From Styela clava (Eukaryota): a stretch of DNA of 64,000 bases. The first letter of the stretch is position 1. Each line of letters begins with the position of its first letter. Under the pieces are notes generated by a model. It was not told the DNA's origin, searched no databases, and saw only the letters and a program-made list of their open reading frames with translations. This document shows, piece after piece, positions 1-12,900 of this stretch. The translations under genes and the position numbers were made by a program. Location: positions 4,402,001 through 4,466,000 of the forward strand of contig NC_135254.1 in NCBI RefSeq assembly GCF_964204865.1. Reading direction: 5' to 3'.

Positions 1-122
1 TAAGAACTGCGCCTCGCATCATCCCTGGCCATGTTTGGAGTAAAAGGTGCCATACAAAAGAGGTGCAAAGAAAACTGTGCATAAAAAAATGGTTCTCCAA
101 ATTCATTCTATCAGCATTTTAC

Positions 123-245
123 CTTCGAAGAACCTGGTGAATTTTTTTTCTCTTCACTTCCTTCTACAGGTACTTTTACTTCTGTTGGCTTTTTATCAAA
201 GTCAGACAAAGCATCGTTCAGCAAATCATCTAAATCCGCATCCAT
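123..245 (-). CDS. PEX19: Peroxisomal biogenesis factor 19, first coding exon (gene continues off the left edge)
   Basis: Not in the ORF track. Reverse strand reads MDADLDDLLNDALSDFDKKPTEVKVPVEGSEEKKNSPGSSK then a GTAAAA donor (phase 0). LDDLLNDALSDFDK matches the N-terminal PEX3-binding motif of PEX19 (human LEELLESALDDFDK). Polypyrimidine-TAG acceptor at 266-268. Confidence 0.8.
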
Positions 246-815
246 TATTATTTAATTATTTTTGACTAAAAAGACACAAAAAGAAAATTACAGGAAAATA
301 ATTTAGAACTGATTCAAACTCAGAAAGTACATTTTGTAACAATGATCGGATCGTTGGTAACACAGATTGGAAATGACAACAAAATTACATGGCCATGAGG
401 AATTATAAAATGGGGTCTAGTCTCCAAGTGTGGTACACTGTCAGACTGTACACTATAGGAGACGCTATTTTTCAAAAGACAATAATGGCTTAGTTAAATT
501 AACACAATTTGACCTCAAAATAACCTGGGAGTCAAAAAGCGAAAAATAGCAGCACTGACACATTTATTTTCAGGCAAGAATATTCTGATCAGTCACGCCT
601 TGGTGGTTCCAAATCGTGTCAAAGTCTGAATGAAGCTGACCAAACCTGACATAAGTATCGCAGAACATACGGAAAATACACTCATATTTAAACATTTTGG
701 ATTCAGACAACAATTAATGATCTCAGGAGGATATAATTTCAAGTAGCAAAAAGGCTTTTATCCTGACTTTCAATTTCCTAAAAGGTTGAAATGTAATTAG
801 GTTTTTCAAAAATGA

Positions 816-1091
816 TTACTGTTTTTGAGAGCTCATTCTCTGCCTTATAAACTGGTCAGATTCTAAAAACCTTTCAGCACAGTTTGTGAGACATGTTTCT
901 TGTCTTCCAAGGCTGTTTCCAACTCTATCAACACATATATTCCAACAGTCTGATGTCAGTTTATTGACGATGACCTTCAATTGGTTTTGCGCTTCCATTT
1001 TCTGTTGTTCTTCTATCAGCATTCTTGCAAGATCTGGATTATTTTTCAGCTGTTCCGTGACATCCTGCAAAGCGTTTGCATCAAAATCCAT
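816..1091 (-). CDS. TIMM8: Mitochondrial intermembrane-space small Tim chaperone Tim8
   Basis: 91-aa single-exon ORF with twin CX3C motif (CWNIC...CLTNC) and Tim8-like EQQK...Q, ETCLTNCAERF. Confidence 0.9.
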   Translation of the reverse strand: MDFDANALQDVTEQLKNNPDLARMLIEEQQKMEAQNQLKVIVNKLTSDCWNICVDRVGNSLGRQETCLTNCAERFLESDQFIRQRMSSQKQ

Positions 1092-1639
1092 TTTAAACGT
1101 TTTTTCTTCACTTTAAACACGTAGAAGTAATCAATATTTTGAAATAATGCAGCAATAACGACAAAATATAACAGATTGCAGGTGAGTAAATCGCGTAGCG
1201 AGTAATGTTTTGCAATGAGGTGAAATATCCGATCGAGCGTTGGTATTGTGCAGGAGTGGCTCCGGATGAAATCCGGAACCTGCATGAAAATGTCTCCATA
1301 ATATATATTTATACTCGCAATTAATTCTGTTGAGCCTGAGATTTGCAAAGTTATGCATTTTTTTTTAAATTGTAGGGTACCAAATAAATTCATGTCTGGT
1401 TTGAAATCTATAGATTTTGAAGATTGCACACTTCGGGGGCACATTCTAGGGGTACATGTCGCACAACTGTATCTTAGACCAGTAAGGTCTTGAACATGTA
1501 TCTATCCCGTCTCTGTTTTACTGTTTAATTATTATGCAGACACTGTTACATTTTTGAGGCAAATAAACATACATACATACATTTTTCTGTTTCCTTATTA
1601 TAACGACCACGACTAAAATTGAATTTGCATATATATATA

Positions 1640-1925
1640 TATATCCAGGGTGGGAGGAAAGGAATGAGACGACTTAACGGCTTAATCATGTGACGAACCA
1701 CGGCCACTCGTCCGGTTACAATTCCATGTCGGGTATGGGATTAGTTAGTCAGTTATTTGTTTCGGATGCATGGACTTGGTGGTCGAGGAAGGCGTAACCA
1801 ACCAGTGGTTCGGTGAAAACCACCCTTATGTGAACAACCTACGGCAGCGAGAAGCCCAGCAATCCTTTATCCCCACACAGGGTAATCAGAAGTGCGGTTG
1901 AATTCCGAGCGCTTAGCCACACCGT
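1640..1925 (-). mobile_element. SINE copy (same family, decayed)
   Basis: Reverse complement of the SINE body (GAACCACGGCC..CGTCCGGTTAC..GTCGGGTATGGGATTAG..GCATGGACTTGGTGG). Confidence 0.8.
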
Positions 1926-3626
1926 CTATTTACCTATACCTACTTCAACTATATTTGGGAGCCCAAATGTGACAGTGCAATTCTGAAACGATATGCGCTT
2001 GTATGTCTTGCAGAAAGTGCTACTTGCAAGCACAATATTTACGAGACGAAGTTCATTTTACATACATTTATGCTGGAAATAATTTTTCATTGATCTAAAT
2101 GCTTTTTCTTGTTCCAATCTTTCAGGTGACGGAAAATGACAAGGAGGTAAACCAATACTAATAATGGGTTGAAATACCCCTTCTTATCATATCAGTCCCT
2201 CTTAAGGGTGAGAGGTAAATTACCATCACACCTCTGACTACAAGAGTTCATGGATTCAAATCCTGATCCACAGTGCTGCCTATTACTTCACCTTTGTAGA
2301 TTTGTTCACAAACTGCAACCATCGAGTCAATGCATGTGAAAAAGGTAATGGTGAACTACAGCAGTGCAAGATATGGTTGGGACTGTTAACCATATGGGAA
2401 GCTGATGTTTGAAAGATTTTATACCTCTTTTGAAGATAAATATAAAAATTCCCTTTTATCTACCTTATTTGTTTCGGCATCCCCATTAAAAAGCCCAAAA
2501 TCAACAGACCATGAAGCATATTAGCATAGCATTTTTAATTTAATTTTCACCTGCTATTAATAATTGCACATGCATATTTTTGTATTATCAGAATATGAAA
2601 TAGAATTGATTTGTTCTTTCACTGCACAAAAGCAATTGCATTAACATAATTAAAACCATAGAAATATATACTCAGTAACAATATTTATTAATAATCGACT
2701 ATATATGATACACTGTGGGTATAATTAATAGAATAAATGTAATGAGGCAAATTGGTGATAGCTGTATTATATTTAGTGCAATTTATGCAGAAATGGGATA
2801 GTTTGAAATGAAAAAAGGAATATGCTACAACTAAGTTTGTCTTTATTAAAAAATCTCGTAGATTTGCTCATTTCCACACGGGAGAAGACAGTATTTGAAT
2901 ATGCATAGTGAATATTGGGTGAAATTTCAGTCCATTATGAAAATGCAGTTACAGGTTTTCATATATTTTTTACACTTACAGAAATCATTGATATAACGAA
3001 AAAGAATTTTCGTAACAGGGTTTGATTTGTCAGCCTTATATTGGCGATGCCGACAAAGGTTGCGAGTGTTAATAAAATGGTTGACATATATCAAGAAATG
3101 ACTTCATAACGAAATGGAAATTGTGACAAGACTTTATGGACACCAACCCTGGCTCACAGAAATCACAATACATGCAAAAGTCTGATTCAAGTTATAATCA
3201 CAAAGTCTTAAAAGGCACTTGATCAAAAGTAAAATATACATAGGCACTACTCAACAAATATCAAAGGGCTGTCAACCAATGTAGAGTAAAGAGTTTACTC
3301 TGGGGAAGAAATTATTATTCCTAAATATTGAAGTTTAGCTCGGACTTTATAAATTAATATATTAAACAGTTAAACCATATATGAAACAGCACAAGAGTTA
3401 ATTTTATTAGTTAAAAAAAACAGTGAAATTCTAAATTTCATTTAACCACCACTTTGAAAAATCTTTTAATCATCTCAGATTCAAGCGGCTGCTATACAAA
3501 AAACAATTAAAGGCAAATACGCAAACAATAATTTTCACCATAAATTTCAAGCACCAAAATTGGGTATATTTGGAACTAACAGGTCCCCAGTTAAAATGAT
3601 ATACCCTGTTATAACATTACACCTTT

Positions 3627-3837
3627 CTAATTACAAGGCAATTTATATTCAATATAATCGGCATAATTTTCATTCAAATATGTTACCACAGCATTTTTTA
3701 GCTGCATCAAATCATTTTCACTATTATATATATTGATTGTGGGACGGATTCTAAATTGGTCGTTATAAACTGAAATTGTAACTTGGGTTTTGTGAAATTT
3801 GAAGATGTCTTTAGTCATCACGTCTGCTTCAGTGAGC
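3627..3837 (-). CDS. Alternative terminal exon C of the PLP enzyme
   Basis: T-rich TAG acceptor, phase 2, open frame LTEADVMTKDIFKFHKTQVTISVYNDQFRIRPTINIYNSENDLMQLKNAVVTYLNENYADYIEYKLPCN*; homologous to exons A and B; AATAAA about 220 nt downstream. Spliced product 407 aa. Confidence 0.75.
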
Positions 3838-3918
3838 CTAAAAAATAAAAATAATATTATTAGTTTAAATTTATTTAATAAAAAAATTTTCATGTTGAAG
3901 AACTGGGATGATTTAAAT

Positions 3919-4203
3919 CAGTTGTTCTCAAACGATGGGCCACAATTTTTTGAGGGGACGTAAGTTAATTGGAAATATAAATAGGTTAGATTTGATCTTG
4001 CTCGCCTTATTTTGGATATTTAGATTCTTTTATTTTGGTTATTTGTGTTTCATCCATATTTTCAACGTGTTTTTGAATAAAACATACTATCGCCTTACTA
4101 TCTGATATTTGAAGCTTATCGTTAGCTAGTATTTTTCAGGTGGGGCGCAAGACTTGACAAATTCTAAAAAAGGAGCGCGGCTTAAAAAGTTCGAGAACCA
4201 CTG
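3919..4203. mobile_element. hAT-type MITE
   Basis: TIRs CAGTTGTTCTCAAAC / GTTCGAGAACCACTG; perfect 8-bp TSD ATTTAAAT. Related copies at 12011-12329 and ~9904-10170. Confidence 0.85.
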
Positions 4204-6036
4204 ATTTAAATTGAGACCTTATTGATAGCAGAAAGATCAACTACCCCAGGTTTTAGCCCCGTGTAACCCATAGTGGGAGAAATAAGGTGAGCTTTGATAT
4301 GATAAATGGAAAGATTCAGCTTCAGAAGGTTGCTTATCTAAATCCTTGTTTAGAGCAAAGAAGCAAATGTATTTATTGTCTAGTTTTCTAGGTTCAATTT
4401 GGACTCTATAATTCGAAGATAAAGATTGATGAGGGTTCCTCTAATTGATGCTTTTAAAACTATACCGAATGACAAAGCAGATTTGAATGGCATGACTTCA
4501 TAACAGATGAATTTTAGACATTTTTTAGGCTTTTTCGTAAGATTCTTATTAGATGGTTGGTCCAACATCTATTAAAAACAGGTTATTCAGAGATGAGAAA
4601 AGAGAATAAAAGAAACCCTTTACAATTAAAAAACAATGATTCATGCATATTAAAGGTGAGGGCCAGGATTATTAATTACGAAAGTGAAAATTAATTTCAC
4701 ATTATGAAGTTCTAAAATCCATGCAGTATCCATTTTCCAGGAATAATATAAAATATGTTGTAGTATTCAACCTTTCAAATCACTGTTATAAAATAGGTAC
4801 CTAATAGTCAAAAATTTTGAATTTCAGAATTTCACTATAGAGTTTATTTAAAAATGAGATTTTTTCAAAATAAATTTCAAGGTATTTTCGAAATGTTCTA
4901 TCCTTAGTATGCAACAAAAAATGAAATTGCCATTTATCTTGATTTTTTTTGAGTTATGGCTCATTTTTGAACTTCAAAGAAGAATTTGTTATTAAAATAA
5001 TGCTTGTTATTATTACTGCATTAAGATATATACGTTGAATAAGATACATGAGCAGGACACCATAATCAATAGACTATGAAGCCTAATTCATAAATTATTA
5101 TGATACATGCAATGCAAGACAGTATACGAAATTACTTGAACATTTTGACAAATCATATCACAGACAGTGAGTGGGAAGGCGTCATGCTCATAGCAGGTCT
5201 TGGCAAAAACATGTAGCAAGAAAACAAGGCTTCCTATAAGTGTGCATGAAGTAGGTTGAGGCATAATTTTTTCAAACTTATTTGAAAAATATGTGGCCAA
5301 ACAATGACCCTCAGGAAAAATTTGAAAAAATAGAAGTAATGACATTTATGAGGCACTTTTTAACTTTACCTACTGATAGAAAGTTTGCGATTGATGCAGT
5401 ACTTTAAACAAATTGATCTATAAGTCGACTTTGTGTTAAACAAGAACTGAGCAGAGGTGTATGTTTAAGATTCTTTTCTGTGCAGTTTGTTTCTTAAAAT
5501 CCTTATTAATACCTTCCATCCAAAGTGATTGATATGGCTGGCAAAACACTTTTTTTTCATATTCAAAAATTGCCTCCAGACAAGCAGCCACCAAAATACA
5601 AAAAAGTGAAATTCTTCTAGAATAGAAGTTCTCAACTAGTCTCTTCTAGCTCACGTTTTAGCAAATTTTAAAATTAAAATTTACCCACCTATCTTTGTAT
5701 ACTGTCTATTTCATGACCGATGTCATAACGAATCCAAAATTTCAGACCATACCATTCTCACAAGATGGCAATTTAACAAAGCGAATAATTTGAACCAGGG
5801 ATGGCCAATACCTAATAATTCACTATTTTGAGTATGAAATATCGGATATATTCAAAAATAAATCAATAGTTTTTCTTAGTGTATGAAGGAATTTGTATAC
5901 AACGAAAAATGGAATTAACATGACGTACAGCTTTGACCAAGCATACCCAAATAGAAAATTTTCCTTGGTGGCTTTGGTAACTGCATATAGAATGGTTTTT
6001 ATTCAGCGTGAGAAATTGAATGCATGGAAAGGATTC

Positions 6037-6350
6037 TGGGAAATTTCGGCGTAGGAAATCTCGCCGCATAGGAAAATCCGCCGCAAGAGCATTTTGCTGT
6101 AAAACGAGTATTCGTGACAAAAACAATTAAGTTTTATTAAAAAAAGATTCGTTAGTCAGGAGCATACTCTAACCCTATAAACATAACTGTTTTTATCACA
6201 AATACTTGTTTTACAGCAAAATGCTTTTGCGGCAATTTTTCATGCAACAAATTTTCCTATGTGGCGACATTTCTTGCGACGAGATTTCCTATGGCGAAAT
6301 TTCTTGCGGCGAGATTTCCTACGACGAAATTTCCTGCTGTGAATTTTCCA
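6037..6350. repeat. Foldback element with ~15-bp subterminal repeats
   Basis: Arrays of GGAAATYTCGCCGYA on the left and their reverse complement on the right. Confidence 0.6.
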
Positions 6351-6525
6351 AACACACATGAAAAAAAAGCACTTTGAATCATTGAATGGTCAATGAATAT
6401 TTTCCGGGCATGGGAATCTGAATTAGTAGCATGTTTGAATACACCACATACGTTTTTTAATTTCAGTTGAGAAACAAGTCACCATGCACCACCATAGAAT
6501 TGAAAAATACTGAATTTACTTTATT

Positions 6526-6718
6526 CTACAGCTTTAAATGTTTCAGGTCTTCGTTAACAAATTTAACAACGCTTTCTTTGATAGCGACATAGTCTGCTTT
6601 GGAATTGTACACATTAAAGGACAAACGTAGAAATGTTGTTTCATTGCAATAATTGAAACATGCCTGCATCCCATATTTTGTATAAAAATCTTTCGTCAAA
6701 TCCCAAATTTCTTCAAGT
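6526..6718 (-). CDS. Alternative terminal exon B of the PLP enzyme
   Basis: TTTCAG acceptor, phase 2, open frame LEEIWDLTKDFYTKYGMQACFNYCNETTFLRLSFNVYNSKADYVAIKESVVKFVNEDLKHLKL*, AATAAA immediately after the stop; homologous to exon A. Spliced product 401 aa. Confidence 0.75.
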
Positions 6719-6949
6719 CTGAAACATGATTAATGTATGCTCCAATGATGGCTGTGGAATCACAAATGGGCTATTTTACTGTGAATATTATAGTATGTTC
6801 AGCTATGAGCCTTTATCTAATAGTGAAAAAGCACTATTTGAATTGCATTGTGGTGATTCACAATTCCTAACACATGCCACATCAGACAATAATTATCCGA
6901 CAATAATTCAGTTGCGAAATTATCCATTCCCCAACAAACCAACCCAAAT

Positions 6950-9900
6950 TTAATCCTGAGTTTTCATTTTCGATAAAACTTCAAGTAACGTATCTTTGAC
7001 TCTAACATAGTCAGTCTCTGTGTTGTAAATATTTGCAGAAACACGAATTGACTGAAATCCGTTAAAACTTGCCAGCATGATCACAATTCCGTTTTCTTTG
7101 TACAGTTTAACAAGCAACTGTGCAACTGCTTTGCGAGCGCTTATTGCATCTGTTGGAATGCTGAATTATGTAAAAGTTTTCAAATGTAAAAATTTTTTAA
7201 ATCCAAGTGCACTGGCTTGGTATTTGAAGCAGTAGACTTGGTTATTTTGGTATCGCCCATGACCACCATCTCACCCGAGTGTAATAATTGCAATAAGTGC
7301 AATTTATTTAAAATAAAGTACCTTCTTACACAGCAGTGGATATTCGTACAGTGATACCTCGGTAGTCGACTCGATACTAAACAATTCTGTAGTCGAACAA
7401 TTCTAGTAAAATATACTGGGTGGGCAAGATCCAATCTTCCAAATATTTTGATTTTTAATTAGCTTCACGTTCCCTCAGAAAACTGTCAACATCCCACCGT
7501 TTGACAACTATCTATATTCAACGCAACCACATTGGTACAAAAAAACAATGTACAATACATACTTTGCAGGTTTTTTCAAAGGCAATCTGATAGTTGTCAT
7601 GCAAGGAGCTCTCATGGAATCCGGAATGTCTAACTCTTCTGTGCCGAGGGCTTCACAGAGAATTTTAGCAGCAAATTTGGTGAGTTCTCTGCCATGAGCT
7701 TGAATGGCTTCCTGGAAAACAAGGATAAAATTTAAGAAGCATTAAAGATTGTGGTAGTCTAGTTTTTCCTGAGTTCCCTTTCCTTGTTGAACTGTGTGCT
7801 CACTATTTTTTCTTGCCATTTGTGTATAATAGATTTTCAGTGGCTTGGAAAAAATAAACTGCTGCTGGGCAGTGCAATGTTTCTCAAGCAGACAAAGAGA
7901 ATTAAAGAATTATATTGTTTTAGAGGTGGAAATTTTACTTCGTCCTATTTGCTAATATTTAGAATCATTGTAATACTTTTTTATACAAGTCACACATATC
8001 ACTAGAAATTTTGCATGAAAGATTGAACGAAGAAGTTTTTATGGTTCGTGGAGGATGAAGAGATCTAAAAAAGACAAAAGAAGGCGTGTATTGTGAAAGG
8101 CTTGGAACCCCTGAGTTAGCTTGTTGGGAAATGGGACTTAGTATGCTGGTGTCACAGGCAGGCAAAAAAATGCATAATTATAATATTAACTACAGTGGAA
8201 TTCAAAAAGTAGAGTCCTGGATGTAATTATACAGTAATCCTAGTTCAAAAATCGGGTCTAGTATAGTTTAGTACCACAAGTACTTCCGGTGGGCGTAGCA
8301 TACAATTTTGCATATGCTATTCCTAACCCCACCTGACTATGCCATCCAAAAATTACGTCACTACGACGTCACCATCACGTGATATGGCTTGCCGAGGTAT
8401 AATTACAATCGCCCAAAATGGCATCTGCGCTGCCGATAACGAACTCTCTAACGCCGATGATCTCTCTCCTATGGTGATCGTTGTGACAAAAAAACGAGAG
8501 AACTAGATTGCTCGATTTTGGGTGATCGTCTGCGCGTTTTGGACGACCATCCACATACTTTGCTGGGTCTTATTACGCACCTGTGACGTCCAAATGACGT
8601 AATTTTTCGGTGACGTAGTCAGGTGGGGTTAGGTTTGACATATGCAAAAATTGTTGAGCCAGGCCAACTAGATGTGGTACTAAACTATACCAGACCCACC
8701 CAGGGATTAATAAATTGAGTAGTCAATGCCGAACCAGAAATACTTTGGCCCTCCCAAAATATAACCTCACCAAACACCTACTAGTGTCTGTATAAATGTT
8801 TTATAAAAAAGAAACAATATTACAAAGAATAGTAGCTTTTGCAGGGCCTTCGAAGCAAAGAAGTAAATAGGTATATATAAAAACTAGCGCACTTCTGAGC
8901 TGAATATGCAATTTTGATTTAAGATAAAAGTTCTCACCAAGCCACCAATCTCTTTATAAAACTTAAGAGCGTGGGGAATACAGAAGTAACTTGAAATATC
9001 CCGGGTTCCAAGATTGTTAAACTGGTCGTCCAATGAGTGTTTGTATCCATGTGACGTCACTAGAGGGCGTAGCTGGCCGTGGAAGTCATCAGAAAACCAA
9101 ATAAATCCACATGAACGAGGCACGTAACACCATTTATGAAAGTTTGCTAAAAAAGATAAAAATATTTTTGAGCAATCAATTAATTAGCCTTTATCCTCAC
9201 ATATAAGCAGAGTTCAAAACTCAAAACTAAAGTTGCAAAACTAAGGGGTCGGCTTATATGCGCATAACTCTAACTGCATTGAAGAGTTTCAAAGTAAGAT
9301 GAATTTGAAGGATGAATGATTTAGAGAGGCTTCTTACCATTATTAATAAAAGTAAAACATTACAATAATTGTTATCATTTTTATTAATTCTCTTCTGCAA
9401 CCGGCAACTGTACAGCATGTTACAATTTGTAGGGTCGGCTGATATGCAAATTTTCATAAATTCATCCTTTCAGGAACGTTTTTATACAAGGATATACGGT
9501 TGTTTTTCGATCTCATAACTACTGGGAAAACGAATTTTCATGACAAAACCAGACCATTATAGCACATATAACTTGAAATAATGTTTCGATTATCGGAGTT
9601 CCTACAAACATCTTTTCAATTCAAAATTTCATTTGATCTAAATCTTTCGATGTCAGAATCCTAACGAATGACAAAATATTGAAATATTATTTCAAGCAAA
9701 CGATTAACTACCTGAATAAAAGTCGGCTCCAACTTCGGCAACATTGAGTTTTATTTGACCAGGTGCATGAGCGCCATCTATCAATGTTAGGACGCCTCGT
9801 TCACGACATAACTTGGTCAGTTTTTCAACAGGAAATATTATAGCTGACGGACTTGTTATGTGGTCTGAAATATTAAAATAGATAAATGGTATATACAATA

Positions 9901-12900
9901 TACCAGGGCCTTTTTTGGAATTTGTCAAGTTTCACGTCTCACCTCAAAAATAACTAGCTAAGAATAAGCTACCAATAACAGATAGAAAGGCGAGAGTAAT
10001 CTAGCAGATAATAAGAAAAATAAAAGGCACAACAGCTCTCTGAAATTTCTAAACAATAAAGAAATGTAAATATTCAAAATAAGCCCGGCAAGATCAAATC
10101 TGACAAATATTTTTATTTTGCTTCACGACCCCTCAAAAAATTGTCTACGCTCTACGGTTTAAGAGCAACTGGTATATACAAACATACAGTAAATTCGGGC
10201 TGATAAGTTCTGGTATTTCAATGTTTCAAATTAACACTTTACATGCAGGTAAATTTTGAAAAATCTATCATACATTTTATGTACTCGATCCATTCAAATA
10301 AATGTAGTCATGACAACAAACCAACGCACCTCCGATGCCCACTGATGGCTTGTTGGAAAGTACACATTAAGCACTCAAAAGTGCAAGTCAAATAAGACTT
10401 GAATAAGTAAGTAGTGGTTGGGAAAATGATATAGGCCTTTTTTGTGATAATATCGACAATGAACATGCCGTAAACTCACCCAGAACTGCAAGTTTGATCT
10501 TAGGATTTTCATCCAATGCTTTGCGGAAAACATCTACCAAATCATCCTCAGATTTTATGGGAAGTGGGATTTCAGCAGTGACAACTTTAACACCTGTTTG
10601 GAAAGAAATTTAAGGATTCGAGATAAGCATACGAGCTATAACATTAAATTGAAAAGTCGATGAAAAGTCCCGACATAGGCAACAAAATTGTGTGCAAGAT
10701 AAACAATATTCGTGCCACTTTGGTATGTGGTTTCAACGTTATAAAACCACTTTGGTTCGTAATCCCACTTGCTTAACATGATCGAAATTGGGCGCCCCCG
10801 AAGTATGTGCACCAAGATGGCGCACAACCTGAACCCTAACCTGGTACACATACTATGTTCAGGTTGTGCACCATCTTGATGCACATTTTTCTGGAGTTCC
10901 CAAAATTGCATAAAAACATCCTCATGGATTTCAGTTCCTATCACAGAGATCACATAACTGCTAAGACCGTATACCAAAGTCCCGATATTCTAATAAACAC
11001 TAATAATCAGATTCTTTGACTGTGGTATTCAAATATACAGGGTGTCCATAAAGTCCCTTTTACAAGTCTCAATTTTGTTATCAAGTAACAAAAGTTATGA
11101 AGTTCTCAATATATCTTAACCAGGTTTGTTGTTTTTTATTCAGTAATTGTTCAAGTATTTTTACTTCATTTAATACAACTGTGAGGGCCAAAACGATATA
11201 GCATCAGTAAATTCCCTTTGCAATTTTATAATTTGTGGACACCCTATTATTTTACAGTTCGATTTCGACATTCTTGTCACACATAGTGCGCAATAACAGT
11301 ACTTCTTCTTACCTTTGATAAAGTCCTCTTGTTCGTCAGCGATATTCTTAACTGCATTGTAAGTGTGAGTATGGATCAATATCTGATCTCCTGGCTCAAA
11401 TTTCAAGCATTTCACCACAGTGTTGATGCCTGAGAAATAATAATAAATTAAAATAGTTTTCTAACACTCAGCTAAGGGTAAGACAGTTGGTGCAAATTTT
11501 GCTCTGAACCTACTAAATTTAATTCTAATCTCAACAATGTCGTTGAGTTATTCTTAGCTGAAACATCAAAATTTGGTTAAGATAGGATTTACATATTTAT
11601 CCCGGGGGAGAGGAAAGTTGGTAAGACGGCTTAACCATATGGCGAACCACGGCCTCTCGTCCGGTTATCTGTCCATGTCGGGTATGGGATTAGTTAGTTA
11701 TTTTTGTTTTCGGAAGCATGGACTTGATGGTGGAGTAAGCCGTTTAAGTTGCGATAAAATCGGCCTAATATTTGACATTTGCAAACTTCAAACCTGTAGT
11801 CACATTGTCAACAAGCACCAAGTTCGATTTATTAACTCCAAGAAATTCCGCAGCAGCTGTGAGAGAAGCATCGTAGTATTTTTCCAGGTTGAATCGGAAC
11901 CAGAGGTCGGGCTGCGCTTCTTGCTCATATATGAACCTGAAATAAGTTGATAGTGTCATAGGATGGTCCAAAAAAAACAGAACCCAAGTCATCTGGAAAA
12001 TATTCTAGAGCAGGGGTTCTCAAATGATGAGGCGCGCCCCACAAGGGGGCCATGGATAATATTTTGAGGGAGCGCTAATTAAAAATTAAAATATTTGTTC
12101 GATTCGATATTGCCCCCTTTAATTTGGATATTTACATTCTTTTACTCTTTGGTTAGAGATTGTGATTCCATCCACGTATTTTCAACATGTTTTTCGAATA
12201 AAACATACTTTCGCCTTACTATCTGTTATATGTAGCTTATTGTCAGCTAGTTATTTTCGAGGTGGGGCACAAGACTTGACAAGTCATTAAAAGGGGGCGA
12301 GGATTAAAAAATTAAAAAGAGAACAACTGTTCTAGAGAGAACATAAATTTCAAACAGTCCTAGATTACTAAAACTTTTGGATACAATCATACACAAACAG
12401 AAATCAAATGTTAAATAAATATCCTTCAAAATTTATAAGTTCTCTTTTTTGAGTCACCCTGTCAGAGAGAATTGTACTTATACAATGGTTTACTTAAATT
12501 ATTTGCTTGGTGCAGGGGTGGGCAATTACTTTTCTGAGTGAGTCTGCTACAGATAACAGACTTGGTTACTGGGCCAGAGGCCTATTATGAAAAACTATGA
12601 ATAAAAACAGTTTACTTACAACTACTTGTCTGTCAGCTAGGCTACTGTTTGTATAATAATATTAAGCAGAATGTAACTATCAGCGTCATTATGATGTTAT
12701 TTTCATCTAGATTTTTAACAGAATTTATATCCATAAAACTATAGTTATAATTTCAGCAGCCCACACTGGACCTGGATGAAACATTTCGGTGGGCCAGATC
12801 TGGCCTGCAGGCGTAATTTGCCCACCCCTGGCTTGGGGGATAGGAGCTCACAGGGTTAAGATGATTTATCAGGAGCTCACAGGGTTAAGATGATTTATCA

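Noticed and set aside
1209-1349. C/D-box snoRNA (terminal TTTGCAA/TTGCAAA stem, CTGA D box)
   Set aside because: No acceptable RTGATGA C box at the required position.
4380-4568. 62-aa ORF between terminal exons B and C
   Set aside because: Wrong phase for splicing to exon 7 and no homology.
5745-5811. Possible fourth alternative last exon of the PLP gene (TAG acceptor, phase 2)
   Set aside because: Only about 22 codons to a stop and no similarity to the RxSxNxYN domain.
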